Assembly (NCBI GenBank): GCA_964394925.1
Contig: CAYMZG010000001.1
Location: 261,656 to 319,735, forward strand
Length of the DNA: 58,080 nt
Source of the DNA: an uncultured Candidatus Saccharibacteria bacterium
GTDB lineage: Bacteria > Patescibacteriota > Saccharimonadia > Saccharimonadales > CAYLGV01
Direction of reading: 5' to 3'
In this document: in pieces, positions 8,271 to 16,934 of the stretch
Position numbering within the stretch: the stretch's first letter is position 1
How the letters are laid out: each line of letters opens with the position of its first letter
Notes under the pieces: model-generated
Seen by the model: the letters and a program-made list of their open reading frames with translations, nothing else
Databases searched by the model: none
What the model was told of the DNA's origin: nothing
Made by a program: the position numbers and the translations under genes

Positions 8271-9112
8271 GCAATCAACCTCTTTACGTTATCAATACCT
8301 TGTGGGCTACTGGTTCGTAATGCTTCATAGCCAAGACCTTGTATAACTACTAATGCCTTATCTCTCGTAGCCGTTTCGGGGTTACCTGTTTGCTCATCTC
8401 GCATACCTTCATGCCATAACAGCATTGCTTGCCCTGTCTCAATTTGTTGTTTGGTGATTGTGATAGTTGTTTGAGGTATATCTGAGCCAAACAATCGTTT
8501 TGAAACTTCAGCTGTTACCGAATTGCCAGCTTGTTCACGCCACTTATGATTAACGTGCTGACCAGACTGCCATACAGCTTGCACTTTCGCATCACTGCCA
8601 GCAGCAAGTAAGGTTGCGAAGTGTTCAGCTTCAACACCATCATTACTTTTTCGTCCGTGGTCGCCGATACCTCTAGTCTCAGACTGCCCTGCAGCAGACA
8701 GCACCATCGATGCACCGTAACGAACCTGCTGACGGTACGGTTGTCTCAATACGTGCAATCGCAAGTTATCGCTTTTAAGACCGTCTTCACTAACAACAGC
8801 AGGATAGAAGACAGATGTGCCACGTTCTACTAGTGCTGATGGCACAAGTACAAGATAGCCCGGCAATACAGTGGCGGCTTCTGCATAACTGTTGGCGTTA
8901 TGTTTACTTAATGGAACGTACAAGCCATCTAGATTTGGATGCGGTACTGAGCATAAAACAGCCTCAGCTCGTTCTCTTACAGTTGCAACCCGTTCTGCTA
9001 TCTGATGTCCTGCAAAATCGCCGTCAATGCTTGCTCCACGCTCTGCCCCTAAAAAGGCATTTGTGTTGGCAATAGCATCTTCAACTCTAGATTGGGTAAT
9101 AATTTCTGACAT
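8267..9112 (-). CDS. hypothetical protein (281 aa)
   Basis: Long clean ORF divergent from the Fur-family gene. I recognised no motif. Confidence 0.7.
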   Translation of the reverse strand: MSEIITQSRVEDAIANTNAFLGAERGASIDGDFAGHQIAERVATVRERAEAVLCSVPHPNLDGLYVPLSKHNANSYAEAATVLPGYLVLVPSALVERGTSVFYPAVVSEDGLKSDNLRLHVLRQPYRQQVRYGASMVLSAAGQSETRGIGDHGRKSNDGVEAEHFATLLAAGSDAKVQAVWQSGQHVNHKWREQAGNSVTAEVSKRLFGSDIPQTTITITKQQIETGQAMLLWHEGMRDEQTGNPETATRDKALVVIQGLGYEALRTSSPQGIDNVKRLIA

Positions 9113-9141
9113 ACTACCAGCTTAATGGAGGGTGATTGTTA

Positions 9142-9171
9142 TTGCAATTTTGTTGCATTAAGGCTTATAAT
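9142..9171 (+). promoter_or_regulatory. candidate promoter of the Fur-family gene with an overlapping inverted repeat (possible operator)
   Basis: TTGCAA (9142-9147), 18-nt spacer, TATAAT (9166-9171), then 6 nt to the ATG at 9178. Inverted repeat TGCAA-N5-TTGCA at 9143-9157 overlaps the -35. Confidence 0.4.
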
Positions 9172-9177
9172 TGAAAC

Positions 9178-9597
9178 ATGTCTACGGATGATATAAACAA
9201 TTTTAAGCAGATACTTACCAGCAACGGCTATCGTATGACAGATGCCCGTGAAGCTACTTTCAAGCTACTTATAAACCCCGAACCGCAATCAATAAGCCAG
9301 ATACTTGCCAAGGCAAATGGTAAGGTAGACCGTGTAAGCGTTTATCGCAATATAGAAGTATTTGAAAAGTTAGGAATTGCTAATCGTGTGTATGTTGGGT
9401 GGAAATACAAAATAGAGCTGTCAGATGACTTTATCACTCACCATCATCATCTGAGCTGTCTTAGCTGTGGCAAGATTATTGATATTGAAGATGAGAAACA
9501 CATTGATTATTTTATTCAAGAAGTAGCAAGTAAATTTGCCTTCAAGCCAAGACGACATCAATTTGAAGTAGACGGATATTGCAAAGATTGCCAGTGA
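9178..9597 (+). CDS. Fur-family metalloregulator (Fur/Zur/PerR type)
   Basis: 139 aa. Winged-helix N-terminus, HHHH-LSCLSCG and C-terminal CKDC metal-site motifs. Confidence 0.9.
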   Translation: MSTDDINNFKQILTSNGYRMTDAREATFKLLINPEPQSISQILAKANGKVDRVSVYRNIEVFEKLGIANRVYVGWKYKIELSDDFITHHHHLSCLSCGKIIDIEDEKHIDYFIQEVASKFAFKPRRHQFEVDGYCKDCQ

Positions 9598-9946
9598 CGC
9601 CAGTACGTCGCACAATCGACTTTCAAGTAGCTAATCCAAAAGAATATGAAACATATCATAAAGGTAGGCTGGATCATTTCAAACAACTTGTTAACTTAGC
9701 AGAAGAGAATATATACAAACATAAAGAAGCACTAGATGAACTTGATGCTCAATTACCATCTGAACAAGAATTTTACGAACTTACCAAATCTAAACTGTTA
9801 GACCTGCTTCATGACGATGACATACTGGTGCTTGACGCAATCTGCTCAGAATTCGTTACGAACCTACGTGCTGGAAATGACAATAACCCTGTTATAAAGT
9901 TAAATCCACCATACAATATGCTGGTGGATTTAACGAAAATATCTTC
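9579..9946 (+). pseudogene. start-less ORF fragment that runs into the tRNA-Pro(UGG) gene; possible gene remnant
   Basis: The ORF has no ATG until near its end. It overlaps the fur stop and reads through the 3' part of the tRNA. It appears more AT-rich than its neighbours. Confidence 0.3.
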
Positions 9947-10023
9947 TGGTCGGGGTGAAAGGACTCGAACCTTCGACCTTGCGGTCCCAAACCGCACGCG
10001 CTAGCCAACTGCGCCACACCCCG
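9947..10023 (-). tRNA. tRNA-Pro (anticodon UGG), CCA encoded
   Basis: Acceptor CGGGGTG/CACCCCG, anticodon stem TGCGG/CCGCA with loop TTTGGGA, T-loop TTCGAGT, 3' ACCA. Confidence 0.9.
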
Positions 10024-10095
10024 ACAACGAGTTAGCATTATAGCCTACAAGTAGGATCATTTCCAGTTCTATTTGTGGCTTTGAAAGTAATTTTA

Positions 10096-10104
10096 TGATA
10101 TAAT
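10096..10104 (+). promoter_or_regulatory. extended -10 promoter (TGaTATAAT) 6 nt upstream of the ATG at 10111
   Basis: The sequence reads TGATATAAT-AAACGT-ATG. The spacing implies a leaderless transcript. Confidence 0.45.
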
Positions 10105-10110
10105 AAACGT

Positions 10111-10269
10111 ATGCGTTATGCGTCAATCTTCCTGACAATCCTATTCATTTGGGTCGCCGTTGTACTTATGGCCGCGACACGCCACAACGCTCACGAAATC
10201 TTCGAACTGTATCTCGCCGTCATGGCTTGCACGATTGCTCTGTTCGTAATTGGCTTTAGGAGTAAATGA
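10111..10269 (+). CDS. 52-aa two-TM small protein
   Basis: MRYASIFLTILFIWVAVVLMAATRHNAHEIFELYLAVMACTIALFVIGFRSK. Its stop overlaps the ubiB-like ATG (ATGA). Confidence 0.5.
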   Translation: MRYASIFLTILFIWVAVVLMAATRHNAHEIFELYLAVMACTIALFVIGFRSK

Positions 10270-11819
10270 ACAACAAGAGTATTGCCGCCATTAAGCGCTA
10301 CCGGACGAAGCGTCTGGCTCGCTTAGTTACGCGCGCGTACTACCTGCACAAACGCAGTAAAAATGACCAAATGTACCATGAAATCTATGAAACCTTCATG
10401 GATCTTGGTGGCGTCTATGTAAAGTTTTTGCAGGGTGTGCTGCTGCGCACCGAAGCAATGCGCCGCTGGCACAATCCTGATCGATTGAAAATTTTTGAAG
10501 ACCTCGACAGCGAGCCTATCGATGTAGTATCCATATTGCAGCGTGAGTTATCGAGTGAAAAGTTGAATCAAATCAAGGGCATACAACCACAACCCTTCGC
10601 TGCAGGCAGTTTTGGCCAGGTGTATTACGGAGAACATGCCGATGGTACGCCAATTATCATTAAAGTGCTCCGGCCGATGGTTCGCGAACTACTCAAGTAC
10701 GATCTAAAGCTGCTCGGTATGTTTGCCAAACGCTTTTACTCCAGCCTGCTACCTAATATGGATGTCAATTTTAACGATGCTGTTAAGGACTTCTCGGCGG
10801 CAACACTGCGTGAAACCGACTATGTTACCGAAGCTGGCTTTGCTAATGAACTCTACGAATACTATAAGGGCCACCCGAAACTAGTCATACCAAAAACATA
10901 TCTTGACCTCTGCACCCCAAACATTATTGTGCAACAGTACGTGGGCGGTTTGTCAGCAGCTCAAATTATCAAACTGATGCACCAAGGTGTTGATCCAAAG
11001 CAGTATGTGCTTGAGCAAATTGGCTCTGACCTAGATGAACAGCTCGAGACCCTCGGCTTTGAGGAATTGCTAGGGATCTTTCATTTGTCACGCATTCAGG
11101 GTGATCCGCATCCTGGTAATATTCGCTTACTGCCAAATAACCAAGTTGGCATGATTGACTTCGGAATCGCCGCCATGACGCCCCAAAACAAAGCTGCTTT
11201 TTTTGGTCTTATAACTGAATGGAACGAACTGTATCGCGATAATAATCGAATTGGTAACTTGTTCGAACAGTTTATTCGGTTCTTTGTAAGCGACCTGTAT
11301 CGTGCACTTAAAAAGCTCAGCAGTATGCGGAGCACTTCAAACGAGGAAAGCGACTATACGCGTCATGTAGGCAAGATTGCCCAAGAGACGTTTAGCAAAG
11401 CCGTCGGCACCAAAGATGTCTTGCCTATGCTCCAAGATGTGCGAGCCCTGCAAATTATTAACCAAATGGTCAACAAAGATAATCGATTTGGTCTGGTAAT
11501 GAAGCTCGAGGCATCCGACATGTTGCGCGCCGCTCAAACCTACATGGCGCTTGTCGAAACCATGGGACGTTTGAATGTTGTTATGCCGCGAGTCTTCAGT
11601 CGAGTGGTTGATCAAGTAAATAAAGATTTTCCAGGTCTGGCTCACCAGAGCGATGCCACCATGAGTGTTGGTCAGGCACTTGAGATTGTAACCAATTGGC
11701 TGGAGCGCATCGCCGAACGCGATCCAGTTCTGTTTAAGCAATTGCTGGAACGCATCCGTCCCCGTACAATACAAGATATTGCACCACCTAAAGTGCCCAC
11801 AAAACCTGCGAGCACATAA
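10266..11819 (+). CDS. ABC1/UbiB-family atypical protein kinase
   Basis: 517 aa. ABC1 signature region (AAGSFGQVY, IIKVLRP, DPHPGNI, IDFG). Confidence 0.85.
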   Translation: MNNKSIAAIKRYRTKRLARLVTRAYYLHKRSKNDQMYHEIYETFMDLGGVYVKFLQGVLLRTEAMRRWHNPDRLKIFEDLDSEPIDVVSILQRELSSEKLNQIKGIQPQPFAAGSFGQVYYGEHADGTPIIIKVLRPMVRELLKYDLKLLGMFAKRFYSSLLPNMDVNFNDAVKDFSAATLRETDYVTEAGFANELYEYYKGHPKLVIPKTYLDLCTPNIIVQQYVGGLSAAQIIKLMHQGVDPKQYVLEQIGSDLDEQLETLGFEELLGIFHLSRIQGDPHPGNIRLLPNNQVGMIDFGIAAMTPQNKAAFFGLITEWNELYRDNNRIGNLFEQFIRFFVSDLYRALKKLSSMRSTSNEESDYTRHVGKIAQETFSKAVGTKDVLPMLQDVRALQIINQMVNKDNRFGLVMKLEASDMLRAAQTYMALVETMGRLNVVMPRVFSRVVDQVNKDFPGLAHQSDATMSVGQALEIVTNWLERIAERDPVLFKQLLERIRPRTIQDIAPPKVPTKPAST

Positions 11820-11834
11820 ACATGAGGAGCTAGC

Positions 11835-12023
11835 ATGCTAAAAGAATTCATACTATTTATCAAATATCCTTATACGGCCGCTATCATCGCCACCATTTGG
11901 CTCGGCAGCGCAGCGCTACTCGCCATGAACGATGGCTTATCTGTTGTTCGGGTTGTAATCATTAACATGCTCGCTAGCGTGTTCATCGCGAGTTTCGGTT
12001 TTACCGGCCAAAAAGAGCTGTAG
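11835..12023 (+). CDS. 62-aa two-TM small protein
   Basis: ORF-track entry. Two hydrophobic helices. Lies immediately downstream of the kinase. Confidence 0.5.
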   Translation: MLKEFILFIKYPYTAAIIATIWLGSAALLAMNDGLSVVRVVIINMLASVFIASFGFTGQKEL

Positions 12024-12028
12024 CAACC

Positions 12029-12829
12029 TTACTCAAGTATTTGTCGGATAGGCTCAATGGCGGCGGCCAAGCCAGTAGTTGTGTCAACCGTTATGAGTGT
12101 GCCATTAAATTGAAGTGTGCCCTGCTCTTCGAGCTCGTTGCGGCGCACTTTGCCATCACGCCAGCGCTGCACTATCACTTCAGTCTTAACACCAAGCGAA
12201 GAATGCAAGCTGCCACACATCCCCACATCACTCATGTGGGCTGTTCCATTTGGTAGCACCATCGCATCGGCGGTTGGCACGTGCCAATGATCACCTAACA
12301 CTGCCGTGACACGCCCATCGAGGTAGTGGCCAATCACCACTTTCTCACTACTGTAATCACCATGGAAATTTACCACCGTGGCGATCTTTGGCGTGTCTTT
12401 TGTTTCCTCAAGAATTGCATCAATCGTACTGAGTGGATTGTTCATTGGCTTTGTGGCATCCTTGCCAACAATGCTTCCAAGCAGACTAATCACAAGTACT
12501 TGGCCGTATTGGCTGGATAAGAACTTCCAGCCCCTGCCCGGAGTGCCTGTCGGATAGTTGGCTGGGCGAATCACCGGCTGCTGCGGATCGCCTAGATAGT
12601 CATTAAGCTCATCAAGGTGTAGTGTCCAGTTGCCTCCGGTGCAAAAGTCTATGCCCATGTCTCTGAGCCGCTTGAAGTCGGCCTTGGAAAGCCCCTTACC
12701 ATCTGTCACGTTTTCGGCTTGTGCAATTACCACATCTATCAGGCGTGACTTTTTCAGTTCGGGCAACACTTGTGAGACCGCGCGCATACCCAGCTCACCC
12801 ATAATGTCGCCGATGTAAAGAATGTTCAT
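12029..12829 (-). CDS. ymdB: YmdB-family metallophosphoesterase (2',3'-cyclic-nucleotide phosphodiesterase type)
   Basis: MNILYIGDIMGELG N-terminus, GGNWTLH and GDHWHVPT motifs. Start moved to the internal ATG at 12829, which has TACAAT 6 nt upstream. Confidence 0.85.
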   Translation of the reverse strand: MNILYIGDIMGELGMRAVSQVLPELKKSRLIDVVIAQAENVTDGKGLSKADFKRLRDMGIDFCTGGNWTLHLDELNDYLGDPQQPVIRPANYPTGTPGRGWKFLSSQYGQVLVISLLGSIVGKDATKPMNNPLSTIDAILEETKDTPKIATVVNFHGDYSSEKVVIGHYLDGRVTAVLGDHWHVPTADAMVLPNGTAHMSDVGMCGSLHSSLGVKTEVIVQRWRDGKVRRNELEEQGTLQFNGTLITVDTTTGLAAAIEPIRQILE

Positions 12830-12845
12830 GACACTATTGTAACGC

Positions 12846-13031
12846 CTAAAGACGCATAGTGCTGCCAGCGCCAAGAATGATGCCGAGTAACACAATGACA
12901 CCACCGGCTACCACGCTCGCAAAAATGAACACCAAAAGGCCAAGTATCGACAATACCAGGGCAACAAGCAGCGCTTGTTTTACAAAGGAAGATGGACTCG
13001 GGTCAACAATGACATCTTTATCATTTGACAT
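12846..13031 (-). CDS. 61-aa membrane protein
   Basis: AAGGAAA upstream of the ATG. Two hydrophobic segments. Sits between rny and ymdB. Confidence 0.5.
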   Translation of the reverse strand: MSNDKDVIVDPSPSSFVKQALLVALVLSILGLLVFIFASVVAGGVIVLLGIILGAGSTMRL

Positions 13032-13042
13032 ATGCTATTTCC

Positions 13043-14557
13043 TTACTTGGCGAACTCGATAGCCCGTGTTTCGCGGATAACGTTTACTTTAATGGTACCA
13101 GGGTATTGCATAGTGCTTTCGATCTTAGTGGCAATGTCACGTGCCAGTTTAATCGAACCGAGGTCATCGATAGACTGAGGGCGGACAAACACACGCACTT
13201 CACGACCAGCGCTAATGGCGTATGATTTCTCGATGCCTTCAAAGCTATTAGCCACGTTTTCGAGGTCTTTCATGCGTTCTGCAAAGTTCTCTGCTGAAAT
13301 GTTACGCGCACCGGGACGAGAGGCGCTAATGGCATCTACCACGCGAACAACCAAGGCTTCCACGCTGGTTGCCTCAACATCATCGTGATGTTGCTCGGCA
13401 GCCAGGGCAACTTCTTCAGGAGCGCCGTACTTACGGAGCATTTCACCACTAATGTGGTGGTGTTTACCCTCAACTTTGTGCGTCAGCGCCTTGCCAAGGT
13501 CATGCACCAGGGCAGCATACTTGGTTGTCTTAACATCGGCACCAACTTCTTCGGCAATGATACCCGCCATGTGCGCCATTTCGGTACTGTGCTTGAGCAC
13601 GTTCTGGCCGTAACTGGTACGGTATTTAAGTTCACCAAGCAAATGCAAGATCTCTTTAGGAATGCCGATGATGCCGACTTCACGAGCCGCATCTTCGCCG
13701 GCACGCATTACGTCTTTTTCGACTTGTTTTTGGGCCTTCTCAACGACTTCTTCGATACGACCCGGGTGAACACGACCATCTTTAAGAAGCATCTCGAGTG
13801 CGATGCGGGCTACTTCACGGCGAACTGGGTCAAAGCTACTCAGCACGATGTAACCTGGAGTGTCGTCAACCATAATGTCCACACCAGTGGCACGTTGCAA
13901 GGCTTGAATGTTTCGCCCCTCTTTACCAATAATACGGCCTTTCATTTCTTCGTCTTCCAGCTTCACCGAAGTAACGGTACGCTCGGCGGTCACTTCACTG
14001 GCCATGCGCTCCATCGCCTCAACAATGATCACACCCGCCTTTTCCTCCGCCTCATCAACTGCCTCATTTTGCAGTTTTGTAATAAGGCCAGTAAGATCGT
14101 TACGAATATCGCGCTCGGTCATTTGCATGAGCTTTTCGGTGGCATCAGCCTTGCTGAGCTTAGCAATCTTTTCAAGTTTTTCTTGCTGCTTAGTGCGAAT
14201 GTCACGAATTTCATTCTTGAGCGTCTCAACTTCGTCCTCACCCTTGCGCAGGTTCTCGGCGCGCTTATCAAGCTCATCGAGCTTCTTGTCGAGTGACTCC
14301 TCACGAGACAGTAAGCGCTTTTCAATATCTTTTAATTCTTTGCGGCGGTTTTGTTCGTCTTTGCGGGCCTCTTCGGTCGCTTTCAGGGCTTCTTCTCGGG
14401 CCTCTTCTACTAATTTATTGGCTTCCTTCTGGGCCTTGGCCAAATCCTTTTGAGCCTTCTCCTCGGCTGAGCCAATTTTTTTCTTACTAATAACTGTGTT
14501 GGCACCATAGCCAACACCAGCCCCAACAATTGCGAGCAGTAGCGCAACTAGAACCAT
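13043..14557 (-). CDS. rny: ribonuclease Y
   Basis: 504 aa. N-terminal TM, long K/E coiled coil, KH domain (GKEGRNIQAL), HD domain (LVHDLGK). Confidence 0.92.
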   Translation of the reverse strand: MVLVALLLAIVGAGVGYGANTVISKKKIGSAEEKAQKDLAKAQKEANKLVEEAREEALKATEEARKDEQNRRKELKDIEKRLLSREESLDKKLDELDKRAENLRKGEDEVETLKNEIRDIRTKQQEKLEKIAKLSKADATEKLMQMTERDIRNDLTGLITKLQNEAVDEAEEKAGVIIVEAMERMASEVTAERTVTSVKLEDEEMKGRIIGKEGRNIQALQRATGVDIMVDDTPGYIVLSSFDPVRREVARIALEMLLKDGRVHPGRIEEVVEKAQKQVEKDVMRAGEDAAREVGIIGIPKEILHLLGELKYRTSYGQNVLKHSTEMAHMAGIIAEEVGADVKTTKYAALVHDLGKALTHKVEGKHHHISGEMLRKYGAPEEVALAAEQHHDDVEATSVEALVVRVVDAISASRPGARNISAENFAERMKDLENVANSFEGIEKSYAISAGREVRVFVRPQSIDDLGSIKLARDIATKIESTMQYPGTIKVNVIRETRAIEFAK

Positions 14558-14734
14558 AGGGTGTTCCTTTCTAATGCAGATTTACGCATGCACCCGAGAC
14601 GATCACTATCACTTCATTAGTCCGGCGGCGATAATCTGAAATTTTTCAGTAATTGTAATAAATCAAAATGGATTCGCTCCCAAAACAGGTAATCCTACCT
14701 AAAACTATACCCTTCGGTAAGCCAACTGGCAATA

Positions 14735-15850
14735 TTAGTCTTGTACAGTATAGACAATTACACGCTTTTCATACTGATTCGTACGAACGTTAAAACGCCC
14801 ACTCGCAGTCATGAGATTTAGTCCCTGCTTTCCGGAGACGGCCGAATTCAGCACCTTGCGCATATCAAGGTTATCGAAATCTGCCTGCTCGGCACTCACA
14901 ACCGTGTAGGTAAGTAATTTGCCGTCGCCGCGCTCAATAGTCACCTTGTCACTTTTTTTAAGCGTACCAAGGCCATAAAAGACTCCTCGGTTAGATTGAC
15001 CAGCAACATGACCATCCAATAATATGGTACCGTTCTCACCTGGCAGGGAACTATTCTCATACCAACCAACGTCATAAATGTTTGTAGGCCCCTTAACACT
15101 GCCATTGCTGTCGGGCCCAACTCGACGAACTCTGGCATTTACGCCTATTCTATCAATCTTCAAATAGCGCGGCATATTGGCCGCAACGGTGTAACCCTTA
15201 ATATCGAGTGGTGGGTTATCTTCACTTGGCAAATCACTGCCAGACGTGCCATCGCTTGTACTCCCCGAACCCTTACTTGTCTGCTTGGCAAGCACTTGGG
15301 TTGGCCCAGAACTTCCGTTTATTTTTTTATAGACCACAAAGCCAGTTGTACTGGCCAATACCAATAAAAAGGCTGCTAAGCCTGCTGCAAGGTATGGTTT
15401 GAACGAGTGGTGTTTTTTAGGTCGATACTTCTTCGCAGATGCTTTTACAACTTGCCGACGAAGTACTCCCGAACGAGTTTGGCGCGGCAAGTGCGCCGAC
15501 CCACCAGTCGTACTTCGCTGCAGTGGAGTGGTGCGGATTTTTAAGACTGCGGGCTGTGCTTTGGCTTGATTGGTAGCGCTCGCAGATCGTAGTGGCGGAG
15601 CTGTTTGTTTATCTGCAATTTGATTGGACTGAACTTGGGCAGCAGCTGAGGTTGGTCGTTGACTAGTCGGTGTGGACGTTAGTGGTGACAGTGGCAACTG
15701 TTGCGTCGACTCTGTTTGGCTCGTGGTTGGCCGTATTGGGCGAATATCTTGATCGAGACCATTAGATACATGGGCGCGCCGAACTCGAGGGCTGCGCATG
15801 CGCCCCCGTACTGTTGGATGATCGAGATGAACGCGCGACTGTCGCTCCAT
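14735..15850 (-). CDS. sortase-fold protein lacking the catalytic cysteine (class E/F-like)
   Basis: Disordered N-terminus, one TM, then IDRIGVNARV..GWY..PGENGTILLDGHV..LNLMTASGRF..YEKRVIVY. AGGAG lies upstream of the ATG. The protein has no Cys anywhere. Confidence 0.65.
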   Translation of the reverse strand: MERQSRVHLDHPTVRGRMRSPRVRRAHVSNGLDQDIRPIRPTTSQTESTQQLPLSPLTSTPTSQRPTSAAAQVQSNQIADKQTAPPLRSASATNQAKAQPAVLKIRTTPLQRSTTGGSAHLPRQTRSGVLRRQVVKASAKKYRPKKHHSFKPYLAAGLAAFLLVLASTTGFVVYKKINGSSGPTQVLAKQTSKGSGSTSDGTSGSDLPSEDNPPLDIKGYTVAANMPRYLKIDRIGVNARVRRVGPDSNGSVKGPTNIYDVGWYENSSLPGENGTILLDGHVAGQSNRGVFYGLGTLKKSDKVTIERGDGKLLTYTVVSAEQADFDNLDMRKVLNSAVSGKQGLNLMTASGRFNVRTNQYEKRVIVYTVQD

Positions 15851-16089
15851 GACGCTCCTGTCGTGTCATTACTGGCGTGACGCTTTAACAAGCGTAACGT
15901 TCACTTCACCCTAATGAGTAAAGAAGATGTAGTATCCATGCGGTTTGTATCAGAAACCAGCTATGCCACTCTCTAGTCAAAACTGCACTTTATTGTAACT
16001 TTTTGTTGTTAATTAATACTACAGTTGTTACTATAGTTACCTCTTATGGTTTGTCAAGCACTTTCGCTTCTGGTGTAGTACAGATTACC

Positions 16090-16479
16090 TCACTTTTTCT
16101 GCTGTGTAATATGCACCGGGGCACCATATTCTGGCAGACCAATTTTATCTGTTTCACCATGCAACAGACGCGTTATGCCCTGTTGAATCCAATCTGATTG
16201 CGTCGCAACAAGCGGGATGCCTAGGCTGTACGCCAGGGCATTGGCCACGCTCAGCCCAATACGAAGGCCCGTGAAACTGCCTGGACCCTGATATACAACA
16301 ATACCATCCACATCTGCAAACGATAATGCTTGGTCTTTGAGCAAATCTTGAACGCGAGTATGAATTGTTTCCGCTAATTGTCGATGCGCCTCCCAGATCA
16401 CATAGGCGACTTGGTGGCTGTCGTTATAGATACCAAGCTCTGATTCTGGTTTATCGCTACGGATGGTCAGTATATTCAT
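16090..16479 (-). CDS. tsaB: tRNA t6A biosynthesis protein TsaB, short form (129 aa)
   Basis: VVYQGPGSFTGLRIGLSVANALAYSLGIPL signature. Only the N-terminal half of a typical TsaB is present. Confidence 0.8.
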   Translation of the reverse strand: MNILTIRSDKPESELGIYNDSHQVAYVIWEAHRQLAETIHTRVQDLLKDQALSFADVDGIVVYQGPGSFTGLRIGLSVANALAYSLGIPLVATQSDWIQQGITRLLHGETDKIGLPEYGAPVHITQQKK

Positions 16480-16934
16480 TGCAAGATATACTCCAGTGAC
16501 TCGGGAAATTTACACACCAGCGTGCGACCAGTGTCGGAAGTCTTGTCGATAGAGATGGTTAGTCGATGGGCTGGCAGCACGTTTTGCACGATATCGCCCC
16601 ATTCCACCACCACTATTCCATGTGGATCATCGGCCGCATCATGCAGCTCATGTGCCATCAAGCCAGCTTCTTGTAAGCGGTAGAAATCAAAGTGGTAGAG
16701 CGTCTTGCCGTTAGCTTGATACGTTTTCGAGATGGTGAACGTTGGACTGGCAACCACATCATGGCTGCCCAAGCCCTTGGCAATTCCCCTGGTTAGGGTG
16801 GTCTTACCACCACCAAGATCGCTCTGAAGCTCAATCACCTCACCGCCCCTCAGCCTGGCTCCCAATTGCTCGCCGAACGCCTCTGTTGCCTTTGAGTTTT
16901 CGCACTGAAAGCGCAATGTCTTGACGGTATTCAT
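16476..16934 (-). CDS. tsaE: tRNA t6A biosynthesis ATPase TsaE
   Basis: P-loop SDLGGGKTTLTRG and PTFTI motif. Start at 16934 (MNTVKT) or 16943. The stop overlaps the tsaB start. Confidence 0.85.
   Translation of the reverse strand: MNTVKTLRFQCENSKATEAFGEQLGARLRGGEVIELQSDLGGGKTTLTRGIAKGLGSHDVVASPTFTISKTYQANGKTLYHFDFYRLQEAGLMAHELHDAADDPHGIVVVEWGDIVQNVLPAHRLTISIDKTSDTGRTLVCKFPESLEYILQ

Noticed and set aside
13385-14296. 303-aa plus-strand ORF, with the overlapping 181-aa ORF at 13908-14453.
   Set aside because: It is antisense to the clearly recognisable RNase Y gene. The translation is low-complexity (F/L/N/S-rich) with no motifs, which marks it as a shadow ORF of a K/E-rich coiled-coil region.
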